From positions 3,728 to 67,727 of the forward strand of contig JAYRRF010000012.1 in NCBI GenBank assembly GCA_041910335.1: 64,000 nucleotides of DNA, written 5' to 3'. Origin of the DNA: Candidatus Moraniibacteriota bacterium. Lineage in GTDB: Bacteria > Patescibacteriota > Minisyncoccia > Moranbacterales > UBA1568. Under the pieces are notes generated by a model, which saw only the letters and a program-made list of their open reading frames with translations, was not told where the DNA came from and did not search any database. Position 1 is the stretch's first letter, and each line of letters begins with the position of its first letter. The position numbers were made by a program, and so were the translations under genes. This document shows positions 52,285 to 61,462 of the stretch, in pieces.

Positions 52285-52953
52285 ATGGGACATAAAGTAA
52301 ATCCAACTGGAGTACGTCTTGGTATCACAACTGGCTGGCAGTCACGCTGGTTTGGTGATAAGAAAATGTACCGTGAACAGCTCAAAAAAGACGTTGAAAT
52401 GCGTGAGCTTATCATGAAGAAGTGGAAAGCAGCTGCTATTGCCTCTGTTGGTATTGAGCGCTCTGCTAATGCTGTTCGTTTGATTATTGAAACTTCTCGA
52501 CCAGGTGTATTGATTGGACGTGGTGGAACTGGTATTGAAGACCTGACACGTGCTGTCAAAAAGAGCTTCTTCGCCGGTAAGAAAGTAGATCTCAAAGTAG
52601 AAGTTCTCGAGGTCAAGCAGGCTGAGACTAACGCTATGTTGGTTGCCCAGCAGGTAGCTGAACAACTTGAGCGTCGTATCCCATTCCGTCGAATACTCAA
52701 GGGTATGCTCGATCAAGTAGAAAGCCACAAGGGAATCGAAGGGGTGAAGATTGAACTCTCAGGTCGTCTCGGGGGTGCAGAAATGTCTCGTCGTGAATGG
52801 TTGTCTCGAGGCAAGATCCCTCTCCACACTCTTCGTGCTGATATCGATTTCGCTCGTTATGAAGCGAATACGACTTACGGAGTGATCGGAATCAAAGTTT
52901 GGATTTACAAGGGAGAAAAATTTAAGGAGGCTCATCAAGAAGAGCAAGAATAG
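52285..52953 (+). CDS. rpsC: 30S ribosomal protein uS3
   Basis: MGHKVNP, RPGVLIGRGG, PLHTLRADID. Confidence 0.98.
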   Translation: MGHKVNPTGVRLGITTGWQSRWFGDKKMYREQLKKDVEMRELIMKKWKAAAIASVGIERSANAVRLIIETSRPGVLIGRGGTGIEDLTRAVKKSFFAGKKVDLKVEVLEVKQAETNAMLVAQQVAEQLERRIPFRRILKGMLDQVESHKGIEGVKIELSGRLGGAEMSRREWLSRGKIPLHTLRADIDFARYEANTTYGVIGIKVWIYKGEKFKEAHQEEQE

Positions 52954-52974
52954 TATACACACAAAGACACGCTT

Positions 52975-53388
52975 ATGTTACTCATGCCAAGAAAAGTTAA
53001 GCACAGAAAGCATCACCGCGGTGGTTGGTTTAAGTCACCAGCAAACCGTGGCGACAAGGTAAGCTTTGGAAGCTTTGGTCTTAAGGCCACTGAACAGGGG
53101 ATTATCTCTGCTCGTCAAATTGAAGCTGCTCGTCGTGCAATGACTCGCTCTATTCAGCGTGGTGGAAAGGTGTGGATCCGTGTTTTCCCTGACAAACCAA
53201 TGACGAAGAAGGGTGAACAAACTCCGATGGGTAAAGGTAAGGGTAGTGTCGATCATTTCGTAGCGAAGGTGCGTGCCGGAAGAGTTCTTTTCGAGCTCGA
53301 TGGTGTGAGCAAAGAAGCAGCTGCAGAAGCGATGCGCTTGGCATCATATAAGCTCGCAGTGAAGACTCGTTTTATTGAGAAGCAATAA
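52975..53388 (+). CDS. rplP: 50S ribosomal protein uL16
   Basis: [21 protein letters not shown]. Confidence 0.98.
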   Translation: MLLMPRKVKHRKHHRGGWFKSPANRGDKVSFGSFGLKATEQGIISARQIEAARRAMTRSIQRGGKVWIRVFPDKPMTKKGEQTPMGKGKGSVDHFVAKVRAGRVLFELDGVSKEAAAEAMRLASYKLAVKTRFIEKQ

Positions 53389-53398
53389 GGAAACGTTT

Positions 53399-53614
53399 AT
53401 GAAAGCAAAAGAATGGCAGGAAAAAACGAAGACCGAGCGTCAAAAAGCGCTCATCGACCTACAAGAGCAGGCTCGCAAGCTTCGCTTTGATATGGCGACT
53501 CGTGAAGCCAAGAATGTGAGTGATTACAAGAAGATCAAGAAAGACATTGCTCGTCTGAAAACGATTGAACGTCAGGAAGAGGTTTCCCTTGACGAAACAG
53601 AGAATGTCGGTTAA
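53399..53614 (+). CDS. rpmC: 50S ribosomal protein uL29
   Basis: LRF, KKDIARLKT; start at ATG 53399. Confidence 0.9.
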   Translation: MKAKEWQEKTKTERQKALIDLQEQARKLRFDMATREAKNVSDYKKIKKDIARLKTIERQEEVSLDETENVG

Positions 53615-53644
53615 ACTATATCTTTACTAAGCAGAAATTATTGT

Positions 53645-53905
53645 ATGAACACAGTGAATACTCCAACCAAAAAAGTACCAACGCACAAGGGTGTCGTGGT
53701 CAGCACAAAGATGGATAAAACCATTGTGGTTAAGGTTGACACACTGAAGACTCATTCGAAGTACCGCAAGCAGTACACTTCAAGTAAGCGCTACAAAGTA
53801 CACACCGAAGAGAACAATTACCAGTTGGGAGATGTAGTTATTTTCCAGGAATGCCGACCATACAGTAAGGACAAACGTCATCAAGTAGTGACTGAAGCTA
53901 AATAA
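53645..53905 (+). CDS. rpsQ: 30S ribosomal protein uS17
   Basis: GVVVSTKMDKTIVV, ECRPYSKDK. Confidence 0.97.
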   Translation: MNTVNTPTKKVPTHKGVVVSTKMDKTIVVKVDTLKTHSKYRKQYTSSKRYKVHTEENNYQLGDVVIFQECRPYSKDKRHQVVTEAK

Positions 53906-53929
53906 ACGAGAAAGCAAGAATACAAGTAT

Positions 53930-54301
53930 ATGATCCAAGTAGAAAGCATGCTCAAAGTAGCCGATAACAGTGGTGCCAAGCTCATCAAGTGTTTCAAGGT
54001 GCTCGGTGGTACACGTCGCCGCTATGCTTCGTTGGGTGATATCATCGTTGCTTCCGTCAAATCAGCTGAGCCACGAGGAGCCGTCAAAAAAGGTGATAAG
54101 GTCAAGGCGGTTATCGTTCGTCAGGTAAAGACCTATCGACGCAAAGACAACTCATACATTCGTTTCGATGAGAACGCAGCTGTTATTCTCGATAACAACA
54201 ACAAAGATCCAAAAGGGACACGTATTTTTGGACCAGTGGCTCGTGAGTTGCGTGAAAAAGGTTATACCAAGATAGTTTCATTAGCACCAGAAGTTTTGTA
54301 A
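53930..54301 (+). CDS. rplN: 50S ribosomal protein uL14
   Basis: [20 protein letters not shown]. Confidence 0.98.
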   Translation: MIQVESMLKVADNSGAKLIKCFKVLGGTRRRYASLGDIIVASVKSAEPRGAVKKGDKVKAVIVRQVKTYRRKDNSYIRFDENAAVILDNNNKDPKGTRIFGPVARELREKGYTKIVSLAPEVL

Positions 54302-54316
54302 ATCAGCAAGAATTTT

Positions 54317-54619
54317 ATGAAGATCAAAAAGGGAGACCTCGTACAAGTAATCGCTGGAAAGGACCGTGGAAAGCGCGGAGCTGTTCTTGTTGCTATGCCA
54401 AGTCTAGATAAGGTAGTTGTAGCAGGAGTCAATATCATGAAGCGTCACCTCAAGAGCGATGGCACCAAGAAGGGTGAACGAGTAGAGAAAGAAGCTCCTA
54501 TTCATATCTCTAATGTCATGTTGGTCTGCAATGATACCGATAAGCCAACTCGTATCCGTTATGAAGTAAAGGGTGGAGAAAAGGTACGTGTCAGTAAGAA
54601 GTCAGGGAAAACCATCTAA
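54317..54619 (+). CDS. rplX: 50S ribosomal protein uL24
   Basis: GDLVQVIAGKDRGK, EAPIHISNV. Confidence 0.97.
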   Translation: MKIKKGDLVQVIAGKDRGKRGAVLVAMPSLDKVVVAGVNIMKRHLKSDGTKKGERVEKEAPIHISNVMLVCNDTDKPTRIRYEVKGGEKVRVSKKSGKTI

Positions 54620-54648
54620 CAGAATCCTCCTAAGAGAGAAGAATCATT

Positions 54649-55206
54649 ATGAAAACAACGAACATCAAACAACGCTACCAGAAGGATGCTATTCCAGGGA
54701 TGAAAGAATCTCTTGGTATCAAGAATCCAATGGCTTTGCCAAAAATCGCTAAAGTAGTGGTTAATGTTGGTGTTGGTAAAATCTTGAAAGACTCAAAGCG
54801 CGTGGATGAAGTGGTTGCTTCTCTTGAGAAGATCACTGGCCAGAAAGTAGTCATGACCCGTGCCAGAAAGGCTATCGCTGGTTTCAAGATTCGTGAAGAT
54901 TTGGAAATCGGCGTACGCGTCACTCTTCATGGTGAGCGTATGTGGAGCTTCCTCGACAGACTCTTCCTTATCGCTTTGCCACGTGTACGTGTCTTCCAAG
55001 GACTTTCAGAGAGAGTAGTGGACTCATACGGTAACGCTAATATTGGATTGAAAGAACACAGTATTTTCCCAGAAATTGTCCCAGAAACCGTTCAGCATTT
55101 GTTCAGTTTTCAGGTCAATATCGTTACGACCGCGAAGGATAAAAAAGAAGGTATGGAGCTGTTCCGTCTCATCGGACTCCCTCTCCAGACAGAAGAGACT
55201 AAATAA
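54649..55206 (+). CDS. rplE: 50S ribosomal protein uL5
   Basis: [23 protein letters not shown]. Confidence 0.97.
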   Translation: MKTTNIKQRYQKDAIPGMKESLGIKNPMALPKIAKVVVNVGVGKILKDSKRVDEVVASLEKITGQKVVMTRARKAIAGFKIREDLEIGVRVTLHGERMWSFLDRLFLIALPRVRVFQGLSERVVDSYGNANIGLKEHSIFPEIVPETVQHLFSFQVNIVTTAKDKKEGMELFRLIGLPLQTEETK

Positions 55207-55220
55207 GCAAAAGATATATT

Positions 55221-55406
55221 ATGGCAAAGACATCCACTCACGCAAGAGCACTCAAAACACCGAAATTTTCGAGCCGTCAGGTCCGTCGTTGTTGGAAGTG
55301 TGGTCGAAAGCATGGGTATATGAGAAGATTCGACCTCTGTCGTATTTGTTTCCGAGAGCTTGCGCTTCGGGGACTCATCCCAGGAGTGAAGAAGGCTTCC
55401 TGGTAG
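55221..55406 (+). CDS. rpsN: 30S ribosomal protein uS14, zinc-binding type
   Basis: [23 protein letters not shown]. Confidence 0.97.
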   Translation: MAKTSTHARALKTPKFSSRQVRRCWKCGRKHGYMRRFDLCRICFRELALRGLIPGVKKASW

Positions 55407-55445
55407 TAACCGCTAATGACCTCGTCATCTAAGAACTAAGAAACT

Positions 55446-55850
55446 ATGTTAGATCCAATCGCAGACATGATTACAAGAATCAGAAACGCACAGGCCGCCG
55501 GTCATGCAAGCGTGCGTATTCCTCTGTCTAAATTCAAAGAAAAAATCGCTGGAGTACTCCTCGAAGAAGGTTTCATTGAGAGCGTTGCAAAAGAGGGAGA
55601 GGGGGCTCAAGCTGCCTTGGTAGTCGGTCTTCGCTATACACAGGTCAATCCTACCAAGCGTGTCCCTGCTATTTCTGAAATTACTCGTGTGAGCACAGAA
55701 GGATGTCGTATCTATGTGAAGAGTAAGGATGTTCGCAAGGTAAAGAATGGCTACGGTATTTCTATCCTTTCTACTTCTCAGGGAGTGATGACTGGTGGCA
55801 ATGCCTTCAGAAAAGGTTTGGGAGGAGAGTTTCTTTGTAAGGTCTGGTAA
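55446..55850 (+). CDS. rpsH: 30S ribosomal protein uS8
   Basis: DPIADMITRIRNA, STSQGVMT. Confidence 0.97.
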   Translation: MLDPIADMITRIRNAQAAGHASVRIPLSKFKEKIAGVLLEEGFIESVAKEGEGAQAALVVGLRYTQVNPTKRVPAISEITRVSTEGCRIYVKSKDVRKVKNGYGISILSTSQGVMTGGNAFRKGLGGEFLCKVW

Positions 55851-55864
55851 TTTTTAGTACTACT

Positions 55865-56395
55865 ATGAGCAGAATTGGAAAAAAACCTATTAGCATCCCA
55901 GCTGGCGTAGATGTCAGTGTCAATGCCAACATCATCACCGTCAAGGGTGCGAAAGGAACACTTGATTTTACTTTTCGTCGAGAAGTAGCTATTGCTACCG
56001 GAGAAGGCCAGGTCAGTGTCGAGAAAAAAGGAAGCACCAAGCTGGCTCAAGCCCTATGGGGGACGACTGCCAAGATGATTGCCAATATGATTGAGGGTGT
56101 CCAGAACGGCTTTCAAAAGCAGTTGGAGCTCAATGGTGTCGGATACCGTATGGCCATTGCTGGTAAGAAGATCACTTTGGCGCTCGGATTTTCACATCCA
56201 GTGGAGGTGATTGTACCAGAAGGCCTTGAAGTGACTATCGAAGGTAACGTCATGACTGTGAAGGGTATCGATAAGCAGAGCGTTGGTCAGTTCGCAGCCG
56301 TAGTTCGCAAGTTGAAGCCAGTAGAGCCATACAAGGGTAAGGGCTTCCGCTATGTAGGTGAAGTGGTCAGACGTAAGGAAGGTAAGAAAGCTTAA
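55865..56395 (+). CDS. rplF: 50S ribosomal protein uL6
   Basis: MSRIGKKPI, LGFSHPV, EPYKGKG. Confidence 0.98.
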   Translation: MSRIGKKPISIPAGVDVSVNANIITVKGAKGTLDFTFRREVAIATGEGQVSVEKKGSTKLAQALWGTTAKMIANMIEGVQNGFQKQLELNGVGYRMAIAGKKITLALGFSHPVEVIVPEGLEVTIEGNVMTVKGIDKQSVGQFAAVVRKLKPVEPYKGKGFRYVGEVVRRKEGKKA

Positions 56396-56406
56396 TAAAA
56401 CGTTCT

Positions 56407-56763
56407 ATGTTGAAAAAAATTAACCGTCTCAAAAATCGCATAGCTCGTAAGCGTCGCGTTCGTGGCAAGATTGCTGGAACTGCTCTTATTCCTCGTGTCG
56501 CTGTGTACCGCAGTCTTCTCGCTATTTCTGTCCAGTGTATCAATGATGACAATGGCACTACTCTTGCTCAGGCACACTTGCGTGAAACCGGTAAGGCTCC
56601 TAAGAACAATATTGAAGGTGCAGAAAAAGTGGGAACACTTCTCGGAGAGCGCCTCAAAGGTCTTGGTATCGAAGCTATTGTTTTTGACCGAGCAGGTTAC
56701 AAGTATCATGGTAAAGTCAAAGCTTTGGCTGAGGCTCTTCGTAAGCAGGGGATTCAATTCTAA
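56407..56763 (+). CDS. rplR: 50S ribosomal protein uL18
   Basis: VFDRAGYKYHGKVKALAE. Confidence 0.97.
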   Translation: MLKKINRLKNRIARKRRVRGKIAGTALIPRVAVYRSLLAISVQCINDDNGTTLAQAHLRETGKAPKNNIEGAEKVGTLLGERLKGLGIEAIVFDRAGYKYHGKVKALAEALRKQGIQF

Positions 56764-56793
56764 ATTCTATTGAAAGTGTTTTAGTAAAAATAT

Positions 56794-57330
56794 ATGGATA
56801 AGCAACGTAAACCAGGAAAACAAGGCAAAAGACCAGCTCGTCGCGAAAAGCCCGAGTATGAACAGAAGCTCTTAAATCTTGCTCGAGTGACTCGTGTGGT
56901 TAAGGGTGGGCGCCGTTTCCGTTTCCGTGCCACGTTGGTTATTGGTAACCGTAATGGTAAGGTGGGTGTTGGTGTTGCTAAGGGAGCAGATGTTTCTGAT
57001 GCTATCCAGAAGGCTTTTAATGATGCAAAGAAAAATATCATCACTGTTGAACTCGAGAATGGAACCATCACTCATGATGTCATGGCTAAACTCGGAAGCG
57101 CTAAGGTACTTCTGAAGCCGGGTCGTCCTGGACAGGGTGTGATTGCTGGTGGAGCAGTGCGTGCGGTAGTTGATCTTCTTGGTATCAAAGATATTGTTTC
57201 TAAGTCTCTTGGTGCCTCAAACTCACTGAACGTGGCTCGTGTCACCATCGAAGCTCTCTTGAAGCTCAAGGCTCCTCGTGTCAAAGAGGTAGTAGCTACT
57301 GAAGAAGTTAAGGAGGCTACCCAGGCTTAA
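56794..57330 (+). CDS. rpsE: 30S ribosomal protein uS5
   Basis: RVTRVVKGGRRFRF, GVIAGGAVR. Confidence 0.97.
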   Translation: MDKQRKPGKQGKRPARREKPEYEQKLLNLARVTRVVKGGRRFRFRATLVIGNRNGKVGVGVAKGADVSDAIQKAFNDAKKNIITVELENGTITHDVMAKLGSAKVLLKPGRPGQGVIAGGAVRAVVDLLGIKDIVSKSLGASNSLNVARVTIEALLKLKAPRVKEVVATEEVKEATQA

Positions 57331-57352
57331 GCACTCACTGAAATATAGAATT

Positions 57353-57775
57353 ATGCAAATTCATCAACTTACACTTCCAACCAGAAAATCACCAAAGCGT
57401 ATTGGTCGTGGCGGTAAAAGAGGTACTACCGCTGGAAAAGGTACCAAAGGTCAGAAGGCTCGTTCAGGAGCCTCAGTGGACCCTCTTTTCGAAGGTGGTC
57501 GTTCTACTTTTGTAGAGCGTTTGAAGAAGGTGCGCGGTGCCAAAGCCGTCAATCCAAAGAAACACACCGTCACTCTCGCCTCTCTCGACAAGGCTTTTGA
57601 GTCAGGCGAGACTGTTACTATTGCTCTTTTGGTAGAACGCAAAGTAGTTGGTAAAAAAGCTTTGAAAGAAGGGGTAAAAGTCGTTGGTACTGGTACAACC
57701 AAGAAAAAACTGACCCTCGCAGACGGTATTCGTTTCACAGAATCTGTCGCTAAGGCTCTTGATATTAAGGCCTAG
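57353..57775 (+). CDS. rplO: 50S ribosomal protein uL15
   Basis: RIGRGG, KGQKARSG, FEGG. Confidence 0.95.
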   Translation: MQIHQLTLPTRKSPKRIGRGGKRGTTAGKGTKGQKARSGASVDPLFEGGRSTFVERLKKVRGAKAVNPKKHTVTLASLDKAFESGETVTIALLVERKVVGKKALKEGVKVVGTGTTKKKLTLADGIRFTESVAKALDIKA

Positions 57776-57870
57776 TCAAAGCCTTTTTTCTCCGCTATAC
57801 TAAAGAAAGATGAATACTCTATTCTAGAGTATTTTTTCTTTTTTAATCACTGTTTGTCTGATTCCATCTT

Positions 57871-59142
57871 ATGTGGCAAAACCTCGCTCAAGTGTTTCGT
57901 ATCTCACATCTTCGCAATAAGATTTTCTTTATTTTGGCACTCCTCGTTGTGTACCGTATCGCTGCCAATATCCCTTTGCCGGGGGTAGATGTACTTGCCC
58001 TCAAGAAAATGTTCGAGGAGAATGCCTTTCTGGGACTACTTAATGTTTTTTCTGGTGGAGGATTGAGTAATATCTCTATCGTGCTCTTGGGAGTCGCTCC
58101 ATATATCACAGCTTCTATCATCATGCAGCTTTTGACAACATTGGTACCATCACTAGAACGCATGTACAAAGAAGAAGGTGAGCAGGGTCGTCAGAAATTC
58201 AATATGATTACCCGTTGGCTGACTGTACCACTAGCAGCTTTGCAGTCGTTTAGTATGCTTTCACTTCTTCGCTCTCAGAATGTCTTGGGGGCAATAGATC
58301 CTTTCACTATGGTGGTGATTATTATTTCAGCTACTGCAGGAACTATCTTCTTGATGTGGCTCGGCGAGCTCATTACAGAGAAGGGATTAGGAAATGGAGT
58401 ATCTCTCATCATCTTCGCTGGTATTGTCTCTAGTCTCCCGACGGCTGCTTCACGTTTTTTGGCAACCTGGGATTCATCACAGTTTTTCGTTTACGTACTC
58501 TTCCTCTTGGTAGGAGCTATCACTATTGCTGGTGTGATTCTGGTCAATGAAGGTCAACGTACTATTCCAGTCACCTATGCTAAGCGCGTACGTGGAGCCA
58601 ACTCTTATGGGGGGAGTTCTACTCATCTGCCTTTGAAAGTCAACCAAGCTGGTGTTATACCGATTATCTTCGCAGTTTCTCTCATTCTTATTCCGACTAT
58701 GTTGGCTAATTTTCTCGCAACCAGTAGCCGGGCTGCGATAGCGAGCAAAGCTATACTTATCTCTGGGTGGCTGCAAGATCAACTGGTCTACGGGAGTATC
58801 TACTTCGTTCTCGTAGTTGTTTTTACCTACTTCTATACCGCAGTGGTCTTTGATCCCAACAAGATAGCTGAAAACCTTCAGAAACAAGGAGGGTATATCC
58901 CAGGTATCAGGCCAGGGAGAACAACAGCGGAATATCTCTATCACATCATGAATCGTATCACCTTGGCAGGGGCACTTTTCTTAGGCCTTATTGCTGTCAT
59001 GCCATACGTCGTCCAGGGGATGACTGGTATTAGTTCTGTATCACTTGGTGGAGTGAGTGTACTGATTGTAGTCTCAGTGGTACTCGAAACCATCAAACAA
59101 ATCCAGAGCCAGATGATGATGCGTAGTTACGAAACACTCTAA
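57871..59142 (+). CDS. secY: Preprotein translocase subunit SecY
   Basis: LGVAPYITASII, WLGELITEKGLGNGVSLII, IPGIRPG. Confidence 0.98.
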   Translation: MWQNLAQVFRISHLRNKIFFILALLVVYRIAANIPLPGVDVLALKKMFEENAFLGLLNVFSGGGLSNISIVLLGVAPYITASIIMQLLTTLVPSLERMYKEEGEQGRQKFNMITRWLTVPLAALQSFSMLSLLRSQNVLGAIDPFTMVVIIISATAGTIFLMWLGELITEKGLGNGVSLIIFAGIVSSLPTAASRFLATWDSSQFFVYVLFLLVGAITIAGVILVNEGQRTIPVTYAKRVRGANSYGGSSTHLPLKVNQAGVIPIIFAVSLILIPTMLANFLATSSRAAIASKAILISGWLQDQLVYGSIYFVLVVVFTYFYTAVVFDPNKIAENLQKQGGYIPGIRPGRTTAEYLYHIMNRITLAGALFLGLIAVMPYVVQGMTGISSVSLGGVSVLIVVSVVLETIKQIQSQMMMRSYETL

Positions 59143-59149
59143 AACATAC

Positions 59150-59821
59150 ATGTCTATAGCCACTCATTCTCAGCGTGAAAACTACATTCTTCTTGGTCCA
59201 CCAGGAAGTGGTAAGAGTACACAGGCTAATCGATTGAAGGAGAAACATCAACTGTCACACATCGATATCGGAGGAGAGCTACGACGTCTTGCCGAATCCG
59301 ACACAGATCTTGGTAAACTCATCAACGAAATCATCAATATCAGAAAAGAACTGGTACCAGATGGACTCATTGGGGATGTACTGACGCATGTTCTTCAAGG
59401 GATTGAGTCAGAGAGTGGTATCTTGATTGACGGAGCACCAAGAAGAGTGTCACAGATTGATGAAGTTGAGGACGCACTTGCTGCACAACAAAGAGAGATA
59501 CACAAGGTCATTTTTCTCGACCTTGAAAGTGTTGTGGCTGTGAAGCGTATCTCTACTCGATGGCTGTGCGTAGACTGTAAGAATCCATATATCGGTACTC
59601 AGGCTGAGATAGCAGCACTTGGTGTATGTCAGAAATGTGGCGGAACCATTAGTCAGCGCAAAGACGATACAGAAGAAGGAGTGCAAAAACGCTATCAGGT
59701 ATTTATGGAAGAAACGCGTCCAGTCATTGAGTATTATCGTAACCTTGGTAAGCTCATTCAGATAGATGCTAGCCTTTCTCCAGAACAAGTGTCAGACTGC
59801 ATCGAACAATCTTTAGTCTAA
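59150..59821 (+). CDS. adk: Adenylate kinase with zinc LID
   Basis: LLGPPGSGKSTQ, DGAPR, CVDC/CQKC, QRKDD. Confidence 0.93.
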   Translation: MSIATHSQRENYILLGPPGSGKSTQANRLKEKHQLSHIDIGGELRRLAESDTDLGKLINEIINIRKELVPDGLIGDVLTHVLQGIESESGILIDGAPRRVSQIDEVEDALAAQQREIHKVIFLDLESVVAVKRISTRWLCVDCKNPYIGTQAEIAALGVCQKCGGTISQRKDDTEEGVQKRYQVFMEETRPVIEYYRNLGKLIQIDASLSPEQVSDCIEQSLV

Positions 59822-59823
59822 AT

Positions 59824-60591
59824 ATGAATCTTTTTGTCAAAAGTGAAAATGAAATAGAAAGTCTAAGAGCCTCTGCCAAGCATCTTGCGCGGATTCTTGA
59901 TGAGGTTTTGGCTATGGCTAAGCCCGGGGTGAGTACGTGGGAGCTTGATCAAGCCGCAGAGCAAAGAATGCGTGCTATCGGTGGCATCCCTATTTTCAAA
60001 GGGTACGGAGCAAGTGATAGACCTTTCCCAGCTTCTATCTGCGCATCTCTCAATGAAGAAGTCGTCCATGGTATTCCCCGCAAGGACTGTATCTTAAAAG
60101 AGGGCGATATCCTCAAAATTGATATCGGTATGCGCTACGATGGTATGGTGTCTGATATGGCCAGAAGTATTGCTATTGGTGAAGTTACCCCAGAGGCCAG
60201 GCGTCTCATGCAGGTGACAGAAGAAAGTCTTCTACGAGGCATCAAAACCATCAGACCAGGTGCGAAAGTAAGTGATTATGCAAGAGCTGTTCAGAACTAT
60301 ACAGAAGGGAACGGTTTTTCGGTGGTTCGAGACTTGGTAGGGCACAGTGTCGGACGAGAGCTTCATGAAGACCTCCAAGTACCGAACTACGTGACGCGTG
60401 ATGTACCTGATGTGACTTTGGTGGCTGGGATGACTTTGGCACTTGAGCCGATGATTAATATTGGTACATTTGAAGTAGAAATAGCCGATGATGACTGGAC
60501 GTTTATCACTGCTGATGACAAGCTTTCTGCTCATTTCGAAGATACGGTGTTGGTGACAGAGGATGGGGTGGAGATTTTGACCCGTCCCTAA
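59824..60591 (+). CDS. map: Methionine aminopeptidase type I
   Basis: SLNEEVVHGIP, GHSVGRELHE, ALEPM, SAHFEDT. Confidence 0.96.
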   Translation: MNLFVKSENEIESLRASAKHLARILDEVLAMAKPGVSTWELDQAAEQRMRAIGGIPIFKGYGASDRPFPASICASLNEEVVHGIPRKDCILKEGDILKIDIGMRYDGMVSDMARSIAIGEVTPEARRLMQVTEESLLRGIKTIRPGAKVSDYARAVQNYTEGNGFSVVRDLVGHSVGRELHEDLQVPNYVTRDVPDVTLVAGMTLALEPMINIGTFEVEIADDDWTFITADDKLSAHFEDTVLVTEDGVEILTRP

Positions 60592-60606
60592 TTTTTAGTG
60601 TTTAGA

Positions 60607-60808
60607 GTTTTAAACAAAATCATAAAATATCTTTTCCTTTCACCACCATACTCCTGTTTGAAAGCCATCAAACTCAGAGTCGAGAAAAGCTGCTGCCACG
60701 AGGAGTACCTCGGGTGTGCATATTTTCTAACGACTCTTTCGTATGATGTCTGGCCAAACATCCGCAAAGGTGTTCAAGAAAAAGAATTTTAAATTTTATT
60801 TTTAAAAC
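60607..60808 (+). ncRNA. ssrS: Probable 6S RNA (SsrS-like)
   Basis: ~200-nt rod: AU-rich closing stem, central bubble (5' CTTTCACCACCATAC, 3' small hairpin then GTTCAAG), long apical stem AGAGTCG/CGACTCT, AGAAAA/TTTTCT, CGAGG/CCTCG. Confidence 0.6.
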
Positions 60809-60816
60809 CATTTGTA

Positions 60817-60928
60817 AGAATTGACAGTAGTCTAGGGTTGGAGCGTCACTAGAATGCATGCGAGCCTGGACGCTTGCGGCCCGTGAACAGACATTCTGGA
60901 CGCGTAAACCCATAGAGTAGTCAATTCT
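60817..60928 (+). ncRNA. Unassigned ~112-nt rod-shaped RNA
   Basis: AGAATTGAC/GTCAATTCT, TCTA/TAGA, GGGTT/AACCC, GCGTC/GACGC, AGAATG/CATTCT separated by purine-rich internal loops. Confidence 0.55.
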
Positions 60929-60983
60929 GAAACAGGTTGAAAAAATGAAGTTTAAATGGCTATATTATCTAGATGTATTTTAT

Positions 60984-61373
60984 ATGGAGAGTAAAAACTT
61001 TTTAGCACTTGATTGGGGACGAGCCAAGGTGGGGGTGGCTTTGGCTCATGCCGAGACACGCATCGCCGTTCCCTACGGTATCTGGCCAGTAGATGAGAAT
61101 CTGTGGCCAGTCTTGGAGGAGATTGTCCGTATTGAGGAAATAGGAACAGTGATCCTTGGTGACCCAGAGCATCCAGAGGCAGACTTCGCGGAAGAGCTAT
61201 CGGAGGTAAGAAAAAAACTTCAAGGCTTAGGTGTAGAGGTAGTGATGCAGAACGAGATGTTTACTAGCAAGATGGCTCAGGCTAATAGGCTCGAGGCTGC
61301 TAAGAAGGCTATCCAGGCCTACGATGATGCTGAAGCGGCTAGAATAATACTCAGTGATTGGCTAGAGAAATAG
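60984..61373 (+). CDS. ruvX: RuvX/YqgF pre-16S rRNA nuclease
   Basis: LALDWGRAKVGVA, NEMFTS, DDAEAARIIL; start at ATG 60984. Confidence 0.9.
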   Translation: MESKNFLALDWGRAKVGVALAHAETRIAVPYGIWPVDENLWPVLEEIVRIEEIGTVILGDPEHPEADFAEELSEVRKKLQGLGVEVVMQNEMFTSKMAQANRLEAAKKAIQAYDDAEAARIILSDWLEK

Positions 61374-61462
61374 CATAGAAAAGATGAGTCTGTAGAAAGT
61401 AGCAGGCTCTTTTCGTTTATGGTAAAATATAGGTGGAATTATACACACCAAACATTTTGTCT

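Noticed and set aside
60598-60913. 64-aa and 79-aa ORFs between map and ruvX
   Set aside because: No similarity to IF-1 or bL36; extensive base pairing indicates RNA
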